Of a DNA stretch of 32,000 nt, positions 1-8,722 are shown piece after piece. Each line of letters begins with the position of its first letter. The stretch's first letter is position 1. The stretch is taken from positions 1,440,001 to 1,472,000 of the forward strand of contig OY776328.1 of assembly GCA_963675515.1 (NCBI GenBank). The letters run 5' to 3'. The DNA comes from Coprobacillaceae bacterium (GTDB taxonomy: Bacteria > Bacillota_I > Bacilli_A > Erysipelotrichales > Coprobacillaceae). A program made the translations under genes and the position numbers. The notes beneath the pieces are model-generated. The model saw nothing but the letters and a program-made list of their open reading frames with translations, ran no database searches and was not told the DNA's origin.

Positions 1-2
1 TG

Positions 3-308
3 CTCGAATACCTGGCCGCTATCCAGACCGGTTTGCATGAGGCTTTTTTGAAGCCTTACGGGGATCCGGCCCATCATATGGCCGAGGTGCTAAGAAACCA
101 GGATACCGAAATCATCTATGTCAATGAAGTGGAGAACATGACCGCGGCCCTTCTGGAATTGGCCAAGCGGATACCCCCAAGCCTGGTAAAAGGGACCAAA
201 GCCCTCAAACATATGGAGGTTGCCCTGTACAATCTGGACGAAGCATTGGAGTGTCTTATCGACAAGACCGAAGAAGAACAGGAAGAAGTGGCGCACCAGG
301 TAGCATAG
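3..308 (+). CDS. hypothetical protein, C-terminal part only (5' end outside the window)
   Basis: The frame is open from the window edge to TAG at 306-308 and is followed by tandem hairpins and a T-run (415-480). I recognised no family by eye. Confidence 0.5.
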   Translation, partial: LEYLAAIQTGLHEAFLKPYGDPAHHMAEVLRNQDTEIIYVNEVENMTAALLELAKRIPPSLVKGTKALKHMEVALYNLDEALECLIDKTEEEQEEVAHQVA

Positions 309-454
309 AGCATCATTGGCTTGATGTTCGACTTTTAAAATGGTACTGGAAAATGGATGATAAAACCTTGCCTCAGTGATTCGGGAAGTCAAGAGTGGTA
401 ACGACTAATAATTCATGATACGGCAAAAACGACAGGCCGTATCATCATTCCATG

Positions 455-480
455 AAAGCTGTCTGACCGGCAGCTTTTTT
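455..480 (+). terminator. rho-independent terminator
   Basis: Stem aaagctg (455-461) pairs with cagcttt (471-477) and is followed by a T-run to 480. A perfect 10-bp hairpin precedes it: atgatacggc (415-424) / gccgtatcat (436-445). Confidence 0.6.
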
Positions 481-668
481 CACCGCTATGGAGTGAGACA
501 TGACAGGTTATCACTAAGTCGTATTGAGCTCTTTCAATGATTTTGATCCGCTGAGGGTGGACAATAATCCATATCGGATTTTTCAAGGACGGATTGCGCA
601 ATTTTGATGTCTTAATCGATTCACGGGACGTTTGGAGGGATTTGGAATGTTCATCCGGAGCTGAATCA

Positions 669-698
669 AAAATTTTAAAATAATGAAATAATATTTCA
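669..698. promoter_or_regulatory. candidate MurR operator upstream of murR
   Basis: The 14-mer aaaattttaaaata (669-682) is followed by the near-palindrome tgaaataatatttca (684-698). The same 14-mer and the reverse complement of the 15-mer recur upstream of murQ (1687-1728). Confidence 0.4.
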
Positions 699-818
699 GT
701 GATGTTGCTATTATCTGGCGGGTGGGGTAGAATGAAAGTAAGAATATTACGAAGGAGCAGGGGCTTGAATTTTTTGTTTCATAGTTTTGATGAAATATCG
801 CCAAGCCTGGATGGGTAG

Positions 819-1658
819 ATGAGCTGCATACTAAGGATAAATGAAAATCGCAATGCCTTGACCAATACGGAAGTGCTGTTGGCCGACTATATAATTGCCA
901 ATAAGGACAAGATAGTGGAGTATTCCTCGCAAAAACTGGCCAGCCTGACAAAGACGTCGCCGGCGTCGGTGGTCCGTTTCGCCAAGAAAATCGGTTATGA
1001 GGGCTTTACGGAACTGAAGCTGGATCTTGTCCTGGACATTAAAAGTGATGTCCGGCAGTACAACAATATCCTCGATGTCAACGATGATATCAAGACCCTG
1101 ATTTCAAAAACCAAACAAAGCGACATGAGGACAATTGATGCGACCTACGACCTGTTAGATGACCACTTGATAGCGGCAGTAATAGATGAAATCGTCAAAG
1201 CGCGCAAGGTCTATCTCTTTGGAATCGGCGGTTCCGGGCTGGTATGTCAGGATTTCCAATACAAGCTGCTGCGCATCGGCAAGGATGTTTATTATTATCT
1301 CGACACCCACTTGCAACTGACGGCAGTGCCAAATATCCAGAGTGACGACTTGGCTTTTTTTGTCAGCTACAGCGGGAGCACCAAGGAACTTTTGATTGGC
1401 GCGAAATGGCTCAATGAACAAGGCGTCAAGGTGGTCTCGATCACCAACTCTAAATACAACGAACTGGCCAAGCTCAGCGATTATGTCATCACAATCCCTT
1501 CAGAGGAGCAGGCGCTGCGGATCGGAGCGATGTCTTCAAGGCTGTCATCCCTGATAGTCATCGATATCCTCTACTACGGGTTGGCCAAGAACGACATCGA
1601 AAATACGAACAACAAAATCATCGCAACCAGAAAGATTATTGACGAAATAGAAAAGTAG
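819..1658 (+). CDS. murR: RpiR/MurR-family transcriptional regulator (N-terminal HTH plus SIS domain)
   Basis: The N-terminus (LLADYIIANKDKIV...SPASVVRFAKKIGYEGFTELKL) is a typical RpiR HTH. The SIS-type segment is VYLFGIGGSG...FFVSYSGSTKE. It lies next to murQ. Confidence 0.85.
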   Translation: MSCILRINENRNALTNTEVLLADYIIANKDKIVEYSSQKLASLTKTSPASVVRFAKKIGYEGFTELKLDLVLDIKSDVRQYNNILDVNDDIKTLISKTKQSDMRTIDATYDLLDDHLIAAVIDEIVKARKVYLFGIGGSGLVCQDFQYKLLRIGKDVYYYLDTHLQLTAVPNIQSDDLAFFVSYSGSTKELLIGAKWLNEQGVKVVSITNSKYNELAKLSDYVITIPSEEQALRIGAMSSRLSSLIVIDILYYGLAKNDIENTNNKIIATRKIIDEIEK

Positions 1659-1686
1659 TCAATAATTTTTTTATGTTCTATGAAAC

Positions 1687-1728
1687 AAAATTTTAAAATA
1701 TTTATTTTTATATTGAAATATTATTTCA
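1687..1728. promoter_or_regulatory. candidate MurR operator overlapping the murQ promoter
   Basis: aaaattttaaaata (1687-1700) and tgaaatattatttca (1714-1728) are present. The latter overlaps a TTGAAA -35-like hexamer (1713-1718), with tattat/tataat -10 candidates 17-20 nt downstream. Confidence 0.4.
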
Positions 1729-1763
1729 AATAGTTTATTATAATATCGAAGGGAGGGAACTAA

Positions 1764-2672
1764 ATGCCAAGTGAATTAAATTCGTTGCTGACCGAACAAA
1801 AGAATCCTGACACGACTCATATCGATGAGATGGATACTGGGGCGATTTTGAAGGCAATCAACAATGAAGACAAGAAAGTGGCTCTGGCAGTGGAAAAAGC
1901 ATTGCCATGGATTGAAAAGGCGGTGGAAGCCGTCTATCAGGCCCTAAAAAGCGGAGGGCGACTTATCTACCTGGGGGCTGGCACTTCGGGTCGGCTCGGG
2001 GTCCTGGATGCCTCGGAATGTCCGCCGACTTTCGGGGTTGACCGATCGTTGGTCCAGGGTCTTATCGCCGGGGGTACAAGTGCCCTGTATGAAGCCAAGG
2101 AAGGGGCGGAAGACCGGCCGGAGTTGGCAGTCGCGGATCTCAAGGCAATCAACTTAACGGATCGGGATTTCCTTTTCGGGTTGGCGGCTTCGGGTCGCAC
2201 GCCCTATGTGGTGGGAGGATTGGAGTATGCCAAGGCAATCGGTGCGACTACCGGATCGATCTGTTGTGTGGGTGACGGCCTGATCTCGCGCCATGCCTCT
2301 TTTCCAATCGAAGTGTTGACCGGGCCGGAAGCTGTGACAGGTTCGACACGATTGAAGGCCGGGACGGCCCAAAAAATGGTGCTCAACATGATCACCACCA
2401 CGGTGATGATCAAGCTCGGCAAGATTTATCGCAATCTGATGGTCGATGTCAAGCCGACCAACGAGAAGTTGGTCAAAAGGGCGATCACTATTGTCCAGGA
2501 AAGCACGGGAGTTGATCGAGAGGGTGCGGCAGCTCTTCTGGTCCGGGCTGACAACCAGGTCAAGATCGCCATTTTGATGGCTCTGACTGGATGTGAGGCC
2601 GACGAATGTTACGAGCTGTTGGAACGAAGTGGCGAAAACATTTCGAAGGCGATAAAATCAGTGAAGGAGTAG
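1764..2672 (+). CDS. murQ: N-acetylmuramic acid 6-phosphate etherase
   Basis: 302 aa with a SIS fold and characteristic MurQ motifs: GGRLIYLGAGTSGRLGVLDASECPPTFG and TGSTRLKAGTAQKMVLNM. Strong RBS gaagggaggga. Confidence 0.93.
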   Translation: MPSELNSLLTEQKNPDTTHIDEMDTGAILKAINNEDKKVALAVEKALPWIEKAVEAVYQALKSGGRLIYLGAGTSGRLGVLDASECPPTFGVDRSLVQGLIAGGTSALYEAKEGAEDRPELAVADLKAINLTDRDFLFGLAASGRTPYVVGGLEYAKAIGATTGSICCVGDGLISRHASFPIEVLTGPEAVTGSTRLKAGTAQKMVLNMITTTVMIKLGKIYRNLMVDVKPTNEKLVKRAITIVQESTGVDREGAAALLVRADNQVKIAILMALTGCEADECYELLERSGENISKAIKSVKE

Positions 2673-2675
2673 CTT

Positions 2676-3812
2676 ATGGTTGGAGTTGGAATTATGTCAG
2701 GCACCTCCCTGGACGGGGTGGATACGGTGTTGGTCGAGATTACCGGTGTTGGCCTGGATACGAAAATCTACGTGCTAGGGTACAATGAATATCCCATCAG
2801 TGAAAAGCTGCGGGCGAAGATCAAGGAGGTTTCCCTTGAAGAAACATCGCGGGTCGATCTGATTTGCAGCCTTAATTTTGAGCTGGGTCAGCTTTTCAGC
2901 GATGCGGTTACGGCGCTACTCAAAAGGACGGGTTATCGCGACGAGGATCTCGATTTCATTGCCAGCCACGGCCAGACGATCTGCCATCTGCCTTATGGCG
3001 GTAAGGACCTGGTGGCTTCATCACTCCAGATCGGGGAGCCGGCGGTAATCGCCTATGATCACAACACCCAGGTCATATCCGATTTCCGGGTAATGGATGT
3101 GGCGGCAAAGGGGCAAGGGGCTCCGCTTGTTCCTTTCAGCGAGTACGTGCTCTATGGCCAGGAGGGGAAAAACATCGCCCTGCAAAACATCGGCGGTATC
3201 TCCAATGTCACATTCTTGCCTGGTAGACTTGATGGAATCCTGGCTTTCGATACTGGTCCGGGCAACATGATGATCAATGAAGCCTGCAACCGGCTTTATG
3301 ACATTCCCTATGACGATCAGGGCAAAATCGCCAAAAGGGGCCGGGTCATTGACAAGATGCTCGAAGAGCTGCTGAGTCATCCCTATTTCCATAAACTGCC
3401 CCCTAAATCGACGGGACGGGAGGAATTCGGGGAGCAGTTTACGGCCGGACTGCTGGAAAGATATCAGGATTGTTCAAAGAAAGATATTGTCGCAACATTG
3501 ACGATGTTCACGGCAAAAAGTATTGCGTTTCATTATAAACGGGATATTCTAAGCAGGTTTCCCATTGACGAGATGATCATCGGCGGGGGCGGCAGCCATA
3601 ATCTAACTTTGGTTGGCTGGATAAAGGATGAACTCAAGGACATCAAGGTTCTTACCCAGGACGAAATCGGTTATTCTTCCGATGCCAAGGAGGCCATCGC
3701 GTTTGCAATCCTGGGCAACGAGACACTCCACGGCAACCCGGCCAATGTGATTGGCGCCACCGGGGCGAAGCGGCCGGTGGTCCTGGGCAAGATCACCCCG
3801 AAACCATTTTAA
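2676..3812 (+). CDS. anmK: anhydro-N-acetylmuramic acid kinase
   Basis: 378 aa with the N-terminal GIMSGTSLDGVD motif typical of AnmK and a C-terminal IGGGGSHN motif. RBS aaggag. The start is 4 nt after the murQ stop. Confidence 0.88.
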   Translation: MVGVGIMSGTSLDGVDTVLVEITGVGLDTKIYVLGYNEYPISEKLRAKIKEVSLEETSRVDLICSLNFELGQLFSDAVTALLKRTGYRDEDLDFIASHGQTICHLPYGGKDLVASSLQIGEPAVIAYDHNTQVISDFRVMDVAAKGQGAPLVPFSEYVLYGQEGKNIALQNIGGISNVTFLPGRLDGILAFDTGPGNMMINEACNRLYDIPYDDQGKIAKRGRVIDKMLEELLSHPYFHKLPPKSTGREEFGEQFTAGLLERYQDCSKKDIVATLTMFTAKSIAFHYKRDILSRFPIDEMIIGGGGSHNLTLVGWIKDELKDIKVLTQDEIGYSSDAKEAIAFAILGNETLHGNPANVIGATGAKRPVVLGKITPKPF

Positions 3813-3822
3813 GGAGATTGTT

Positions 3823-4170
3823 ATGGCAGGTAAGACAACAACATACAACTACAAAAAAAGAAACCAAAACCGGCCCAAAGGCCATGGCGGCCTGGAGAAG
3901 TTCGGTTTCAAAAGTTCACTGATAATCGTATTGACGGCGGCCCTTTCCAGTCTGGTCATTCCCTATGCCTTGTCCAATCTGGGGATATCAGCCAAGGCGG
4001 TAACCGTCATCGCCAATGCCTTGATGATTTCGCTGGCTGTTTGCTATGTCCAGTATTTCGTAGAAACCAACCGTGGTTTCCGGTTAAACATAGTCAAGGT
4101 TTATTTGGGATTGTTTTTCACAATTGGAGTTATTAGTTATTTCTGGATGTACGTGGGATTATATATCTAA
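3823..4170 (+). CDS. small integral membrane protein, function unknown
   Basis: ATG at 3823 sits 6 nt after AAGGAG. The product is 115 aa with a basic N-terminus followed by about 3 hydrophobic helices. The track ORF start at 3751 overlaps anmK and lacks an RBS. Confidence 0.6.
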   Translation: MAGKTTTYNYKKRNQNRPKGHGGLEKFGFKSSLIIVLTAALSSLVIPYALSNLGISAKAVTVIANALMISLAVCYVQYFVETNRGFRLNIVKVYLGLFFTIGVISYFWMYVGLYI

Positions 4171-4189
4171 AGAAGGAGAAGAGTTAATT

Positions 4190-5512
4190 ATGTTGGACAA
4201 AATAACTAAATTATTGGAAACTAAATTGCAAAAGCCAATGGAAAAATTGGCACAACAACGACATCTGCAAGCTGTTCGGGATGGTATCGTGGCGACTTTG
4301 CCATTGATCATTGTGGGATCATTCTTCCTGATTGTGGCCTTTCCGCCGCTGCCTCAGGATTGGGGCATCTATCAGTTCCTTTCTGCCAATGTGGCTAAAA
4401 TACTGCTGCCATATCGGATGACAATGTATATCATGACACTCTACGCGACATTTGGCATCGGTTATTCCCTGGCTCGTTCATACAAGCTTGATGGAGTTAC
4501 GGGAGGGATTTTAGCGGAAATCGCATTTCTTTTGACAATCACTCCGGTAATCGTATCACCAGATTTGAATGCCGGGGTTTCAGGTTTCGTAATGCCGATG
4601 GCCAACCTTGGGGGCGGAGGGCTTTTTGTCTCAATCGTCGTGGCGATAATCGCAGTTGAGATTTATCGAATGACTGACAAGTCAAGATTCAAAATCAAAA
4701 TGCCCGACCAAGTGCCTCCGGCAGTTGCCCGCTCATTTGAAGCGTTGACACCGACAGCTATCGTGATATTATTGATCGGCAGCATCACTTATTTTGTCGG
4801 TTTCAATTGGCATAGCGCTGTAGCGACAGTTGTTTCACCCTTGGTTAAAGCGGCAGACAGCTTACCTAGCGTGTTGTTATTGGTGTTATTGATCACAGGT
4901 TTCTGGTCATTTGGGATTCATGGGGTATCAATTGTCGGATCCCTAGCTAGACCAATCTGGTTGCAATTGCTTGATGTGAACACTACTGCACTGGCTTCGG
5001 GGGGAACACCTACTGCCATTGCAGCTGAACCGTTCTTCCAATGGTTCATCTGGATTGGTGGATCTGGATGTACGATTGGCCTGGCGATTCTGTTGGCATT
5101 CACAAGCAAATCCGCATACGGGAAATCACTAGGAAAAACAGCGTTTTTACCGGCAGTATTCAATATCAACGAACCTTTGATTTTCGGAACACCAATCGTC
5201 TTGAATCCGGTATTGATGATTCCATTTATCCTGACTCCTATGGCTTGTGCGATTATCGCTTGGGTTGCGACATCATTGGGATTGGTTGGCAAGGTTGTCT
5301 TTACCGCGCCATGGACTTTGCCAGGGCCGATTGGCGCATATCTGGCAACTGGCGGAGACTGGCGGGCAATTGTCCTTTCGGTCATTCTGATTGCGGTTTC
5401 TGTTGTAATTTACCTGCCATTTGTTAGAATGTATGATAAAGAGCAGTTGGACCTGGAAAAAGGCGAAGCTGATTCTGCTAAAGAGTCACAAACCGTTTTG
5501 GTTAAAGAATAA
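4190..5512 (+). CDS. PTS sugar transporter subunit IIC (lactose/cellobiose-type EIIC)
   Basis: ATG at 4190 follows gaaggagaag. The product is 440 aa and polytopic, with an N-terminus (LEKLAQQRHLQAVRDGIVATLPLIIVGSFFL) typical of Lac/Cel-family EIIC. No EIIA or EIIB gene is in the window. Confidence 0.85.
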   Translation: MLDKITKLLETKLQKPMEKLAQQRHLQAVRDGIVATLPLIIVGSFFLIVAFPPLPQDWGIYQFLSANVAKILLPYRMTMYIMTLYATFGIGYSLARSYKLDGVTGGILAEIAFLLTITPVIVSPDLNAGVSGFVMPMANLGGGGLFVSIVVAIIAVEIYRMTDKSRFKIKMPDQVPPAVARSFEALTPTAIVILLIGSITYFVGFNWHSAVATVVSPLVKAADSLPSVLLLVLLITGFWSFGIHGVSIVGSLARPIWLQLLDVNTTALASGGTPTAIAAEPFFQWFIWIGGSGCTIGLAILLAFTSKSAYGKSLGKTAFLPAVFNINEPLIFGTPIVLNPVLMIPFILTPMACAIIAWVATSLGLVGKVVFTAPWTLPGPIGAYLATGGDWRAIVLSVILIAVSVVIYLPFVRMYDKEQLDLEKGEADSAKESQTVLVKE

Positions 5513-5517
5513 ATATC

Positions 5518-5543
5518 AGGCCTGTTATTGACAGGTCTTTTTT
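5518..5543 (+). terminator. intra-operon hairpin plus T-run between EIIC and mupG
   Basis: Stem aggcctgt (5518-5525) pairs with acaggtct (5531-5538), with a 5-nt loop, followed by tttttt. Confidence 0.5.
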
Positions 5544-5555
5544 AAAGGAGCGAAT

Positions 5556-6653
5556 ATGAGAAAATTAGGAATTTCCCTTTACCCTGAGAAAGCTTCAGTC
5601 AAGGAGCTGGAAGACTATATCGATGTGGCTGCCAGTGCAGGATTCTCCAGAATCTTTTCCTGTCTGCTTTCGGTAAATGAGGATATCGCCAAAATCAAAG
5701 CTGATTTTTTTAGGGTCAACAGCTATGCGAAGTCAAAAGGGTTTGAAGTGTTTGTCGATGTCAGCCCAAGGGTGTTCGACAAGCTGGCAATAAGCTACCA
5801 AAATCTCCAGTTTTTCAAGGATATCCAGGCTGATGGGATCCGCCTCGATGCAGGATTCACCGGGAATGAAGAAGCACTGATGACTTACAATCCCCAGGGG
5901 TTGAAAATTGAAATAAACATGTCAAACAATACCCATTACATCGATACAATCATGGACTATCAGCCCAATATCTATAATCTGGTTGGCTGCCACAATTTCT
6001 ACCCCCACAGGTATTCAGGGCTGTCATTGGATCATTTCAATGATTGCACTGGCAGTTTCAAGCGTCATGGTTTGCGCACTGCGGCCTTTGTGACCGCCAC
6101 TGACCCCAAAGCTTTTGGTCCGTGGCCGGTAAGCGAAGGTTTGCCGAGTCTGGAAATGCATCGGAATATGCCATTGAGCGCCCAGATAAAACATCTCATC
6201 GCATTGGGGAATATCGATGATATCATAATCTCGAATTGCTACCCAACGGCACAGGAGCTTGGTGAAATAGCCAAAATAAGGCTCGATCTGGTATCGTTCA
6301 AAGCGGAACTGATTCCCGGAATCCCAGAGATAGAAGAAAAAATCGTTCTGGAAGAACTCCACTTCAATCGGGGCGATTTCAATGAGGGAATGATTCGGTC
6401 CACTCAAAGCCGGGTCAAATACAAGGGCCATGAATTTCAGGTGTTCAATGCGCCCGAGACTATTAAAAGAGGGGATATCATAGTCGAGAGTTCCCTGTAT
6501 GGTCACTATGCCGGGGAATTGCAGATCGCCAAACAAGATATGCAAAACAGCGGTAAAACCAATGTCGTAGGTCGGATAGTCGAAGAAGAACTGTTTTTGA
6601 TCGACTATATCAAACCATGGCAAAAATTCACCTTTATGAAAGCGGGAGACTGA
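5556..6653 (+). CDS. mupG: DUF871 family protein, probable 6-phospho-N-acetylmuramidase
   Basis: 365 aa. The N-terminus MRKLGISLYPEK...FSRIFSCLL is typical of DUF871. The MurQ/PTS context matches the Staphylococcus aureus mupG operon (established knowledge). Confidence 0.8.
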   Translation: MRKLGISLYPEKASVKELEDYIDVAASAGFSRIFSCLLSVNEDIAKIKADFFRVNSYAKSKGFEVFVDVSPRVFDKLAISYQNLQFFKDIQADGIRLDAGFTGNEEALMTYNPQGLKIEINMSNNTHYIDTIMDYQPNIYNLVGCHNFYPHRYSGLSLDHFNDCTGSFKRHGLRTAAFVTATDPKAFGPWPVSEGLPSLEMHRNMPLSAQIKHLIALGNIDDIIISNCYPTAQELGEIAKIRLDLVSFKAELIPGIPEIEEKIVLEELHFNRGDFNEGMIRSTQSRVKYKGHEFQVFNAPETIKRGDIIVESSLYGHYAGELQIAKQDMQNSGKTNVVGRIVEEELFLIDYIKPWQKFTFMKAGD

Positions 6654-6654
6654 C

Positions 6655-7539
6655 ATGAATTACATAGGCATTGATGGGGGTGGCACAAAGACCGCCTTTG
6701 GATTGTTTGAAGAGGACCGGCTAATCGATACCTTGAAACTGCCGACCTGTCATTTCAATCAGGTGGGCTTCAATGAGGGAGCCAAAATACTCAAATCGGA
6801 AATCGAACAACTTATCAACAGCCATGATATTGACGTTACCAAACTGAGAATCGGCATTGGAATGGCTGGTTATGGCAAAGATGCAACAATCAACCGGAAA
6901 ATAGAAGAGACGTTTAAAAAAGAGTTAAGCGGTTATGATTATGTCCTGACCAGTGATATCCATATTGCCTTGATTGGCGCCCTGGACAACCGTGATGGCA
7001 TTGTGGTTATTGCGGGAACCGGGACAATTGCCATGGCCCTCAACAAAGGTAAGATCAGCCGATGTGGTGGTTGGGGCTACCAGTTAGGTGACGAAGGTTC
7101 GGCATATTGGATCGGCAAGCAGTCGTTGGGTGTCTTCACGAAAATGGCCGATGGCCGCCTGAGAAAAACCGATTTTTACGGGGCGATAAAAAGCGAACTG
7201 ATGCTGGCAAATGATTACGAATTGATCGGCTATGTCAGCGATCTGGAAAATAAGCGGACCTCGATAGCCGATCTGGCGAAAACAGTCGGCGAGCTGGCAA
7301 AACAAAATGACCGCCATGCTAAGGAAATATTGAACCTTGCCGCCAAAGAGGTTAGTCTGTTGGCAAAAACATTGGCAGATAGCTTTGAGGAGAAGCCGAT
7401 AATAACTTATTACGGTGGGGTTTTTGCCAGTGACTATTTCAAGGACAATTTTGAGGACAACCTGGAAGGATTCAAAATTCATCCACCTGTAAAAAATGCT
7501 CTCCAGGGAGCGTGCATATTGGTGCGAAATGACCATTGA
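6655..7539 (+). CDS. BadF/BadG/BcrA/BcrD-type ATPase, N-acetylglucosamine/MurNAc kinase-like
   Basis: 294 aa with an N-terminal IGIDGGGTKT phosphate-1 motif and GGWGYQLGDEGSAYWIG. The start is 2 nt after the mupG stop. Confidence 0.8.
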   Translation: MNYIGIDGGGTKTAFGLFEEDRLIDTLKLPTCHFNQVGFNEGAKILKSEIEQLINSHDIDVTKLRIGIGMAGYGKDATINRKIEETFKKELSGYDYVLTSDIHIALIGALDNRDGIVVIAGTGTIAMALNKGKISRCGGWGYQLGDEGSAYWIGKQSLGVFTKMADGRLRKTDFYGAIKSELMLANDYELIGYVSDLENKRTSIADLAKTVGELAKQNDRHAKEILNLAAKEVSLLAKTLADSFEEKPIITYYGGVFASDYFKDNFEDNLEGFKIHPPVKNALQGACILVRNDH

Positions 7540-7676
7540 TCAACTCGCGTTTTTATCTTCATTAGATATTATCAAAAACTTTCGTGAATTAGACACTAGA
7601 GAATTACTAAACTATATTATTAATTTATGTATATTTAGATATTGACATTTAGGCTGATGTTTAGTAAGATGTAGCT

Positions 7677-7911
7677 GTTAGGACATTCAATAATCTACTA
7701 CGTTATTGATAATCTAATTTCCCTTTTTTAGATGAAAAATATCTTTGTTCTAACCTGCAATCGGGAGTCTTGATGATCCTTTTCTCCAATTAGAAGTCAT
7801 TTGCTGTCCCGGTTGCATCCCCAATTTGTTTGATCATGAAATCCTTGAACTTCGTGTTCGTGGAATTAAAACAGGAATAGCACATCTTTTGGATGTCTTT
7901 CCTTTTTTTTT
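7677..7911 (+). ncRNA. candidate structured small RNA or orphan leader, copy 1
   Basis: Promoter TTGACA (7642-7647), 17 nt spacer, TAAGAT (7665-7670). Helix gttaggaca (7677-7685) / tgttctaac (7746-7754). Helix tgcaatcggga (7756-7766) / tcccggttgca (7807-7817). Terminator aggaa..acatc/gatgt..ttcct plus T9 (7873-7911). Paralogous to 8723-8951. No credible CDS follows. Confidence 0.4.
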
Positions 7912-8060
7912 GTCAGAAAACTTCAAATCAGTTCGTTTTGATTTCTATCCCGTCGATGGCAGGAAAGGGGACAACGCTATAGCGTGTCAGACGATAGCTT
8001 ACTTGAATGTGCAACCGGATCGGGGTGTTACGATATTGACTCGCAAATAGATTCATAAAT

Positions 8061-8095
8061 GAATACCCCTTTATCGAAATGATAACGGGGTATTC
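8061..8095 (-). terminator. hairpin downstream of the histidine-kinase remnant
   Basis: A 9-bp stem gaatacccc (8061-8069) / ggggtattc (8087-8095) with a 17-nt loop. On the minus strand it lies about 50 nt after the kinase stop. The T-tract is weak. Confidence 0.35.
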
Positions 8096-8144
8096 TGCTG
8101 CAAATTTGCCGGGTTTAAAAACTTGCCCGGTTTACAATCGGGGA

Positions 8145-8397
8145 TCAAAGCCTTGATCGGGTGATGGTGAATGTGGTTCCTTTTTCAATCTCGCTTGCAA
8201 TCGCAATTGTACCCTGGCGGGCGGTGATGGTTGACTTTACGATGGCCGGACCCAAGCCCGATCCGCCGCTGTTGCGGTTTGCCGACTTGCCGGTGCGATA
8301 GAACCGCTCTAAGATGAAGGGGAGTTCATCCTTGGCGATCCCGATGCCGTTGGCAAGCGGGTTGACTATGACCTGGGTGATTAGCTGACTTTCACCG
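8145..8397 (-). pseudogene. sensor histidine kinase remnant (C-terminal HATPase_c only, internally deleted)
   Basis: Minus-strand frame reads ..ESQLITQVIVNPLANGIGIAKDELPFILERFYRTGKSANRNSGGSGLGPAIVKSTITARQGTIAIASEIEKGTTFTITRSRL*. An N-box-like motif is fused directly to the G1/G2 boxes. There is no start codon, HisKA domain or sensor part. Confidence 0.7.
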
Positions 8398-8503
8398 CGG
8401 TGATGCCCGGCCTGGTCTCAAGAGCCCGGGCGATTGTCCTGGCGCAGCTTTTACAGGTCATTCCGGTTATTTTCATCCTGATATCAATGTGAGAATTATC
8501 CAT
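8381..8503 (-). pseudogene. truncated heavy-metal-associated (HMA, CopZ/CopA N-terminal type) domain ORF
   Basis: AGGAGG, 6 nt, then ATG at 8503 (minus strand). The 40 codons read MDNSHIDIRMKITGMTCKSCARTIARALETRPGITAVKVS*. It carries the GMTCxxC metal-binding motif but stops after the second strand and abuts the kinase remnant. Confidence 0.6.
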
Positions 8504-8722
8504 AAGTTGCCTCCTGTGACCTGTCTTACAATTTCCGCTATGATAACAGGCAATTGTGGAGAATTCATGGAGACACGTAAACGAGCTCGATATTGCCAAA
8601 ATAAGCGCACGACGAGGCTCAAATCCCATAATGTTACACATATGAGAAGTAATAAACCTTTATTGTTGTAAGCGTATATCATAATTGTTGACATAAGAGC
8701 GACTATCTAGTATGATTAAACA

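Noticed and set aside
3-308. Partial first ORF as a fourth family-B member (acidic, helical C-terminus)
   Set aside because: I found no alignable blocks with B0, B1 or B2 by eye. The only similarity is compositional.
583-951. 122-aa minus-strand ORF overlapping the murR promoter and start
   Set aside because: It overlaps the murR 5' end and the operator-like motifs. It has no RBS and is Cys/Pro/Ser/Leu-rich and low in complexity. I treat it as spurious.
4918-5427. 155-aa minus-strand and 128-aa plus-strand ORFs inside the PTS EIIC gene
   Set aside because: Both lie within the EIIC CDS in alternative frames. The EIIC frame has clear family-typical sequence, while these have neither an RBS nor a recognisable fold.
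6024-6656. 210-aa ORF on the minus strand
   Set aside because: It is entirely antisense to the well-supported DUF871/mupG CDS. It has no RBS and an unremarkable composition, so it is most likely a shadow ORF.
7826-8050. 74-aa plus-strand ORF after RNA candidate copy 1
   Set aside because: It starts at a non-ATG codon without an RBS and runs straight through the predicted intrinsic terminator at 7873-7911.
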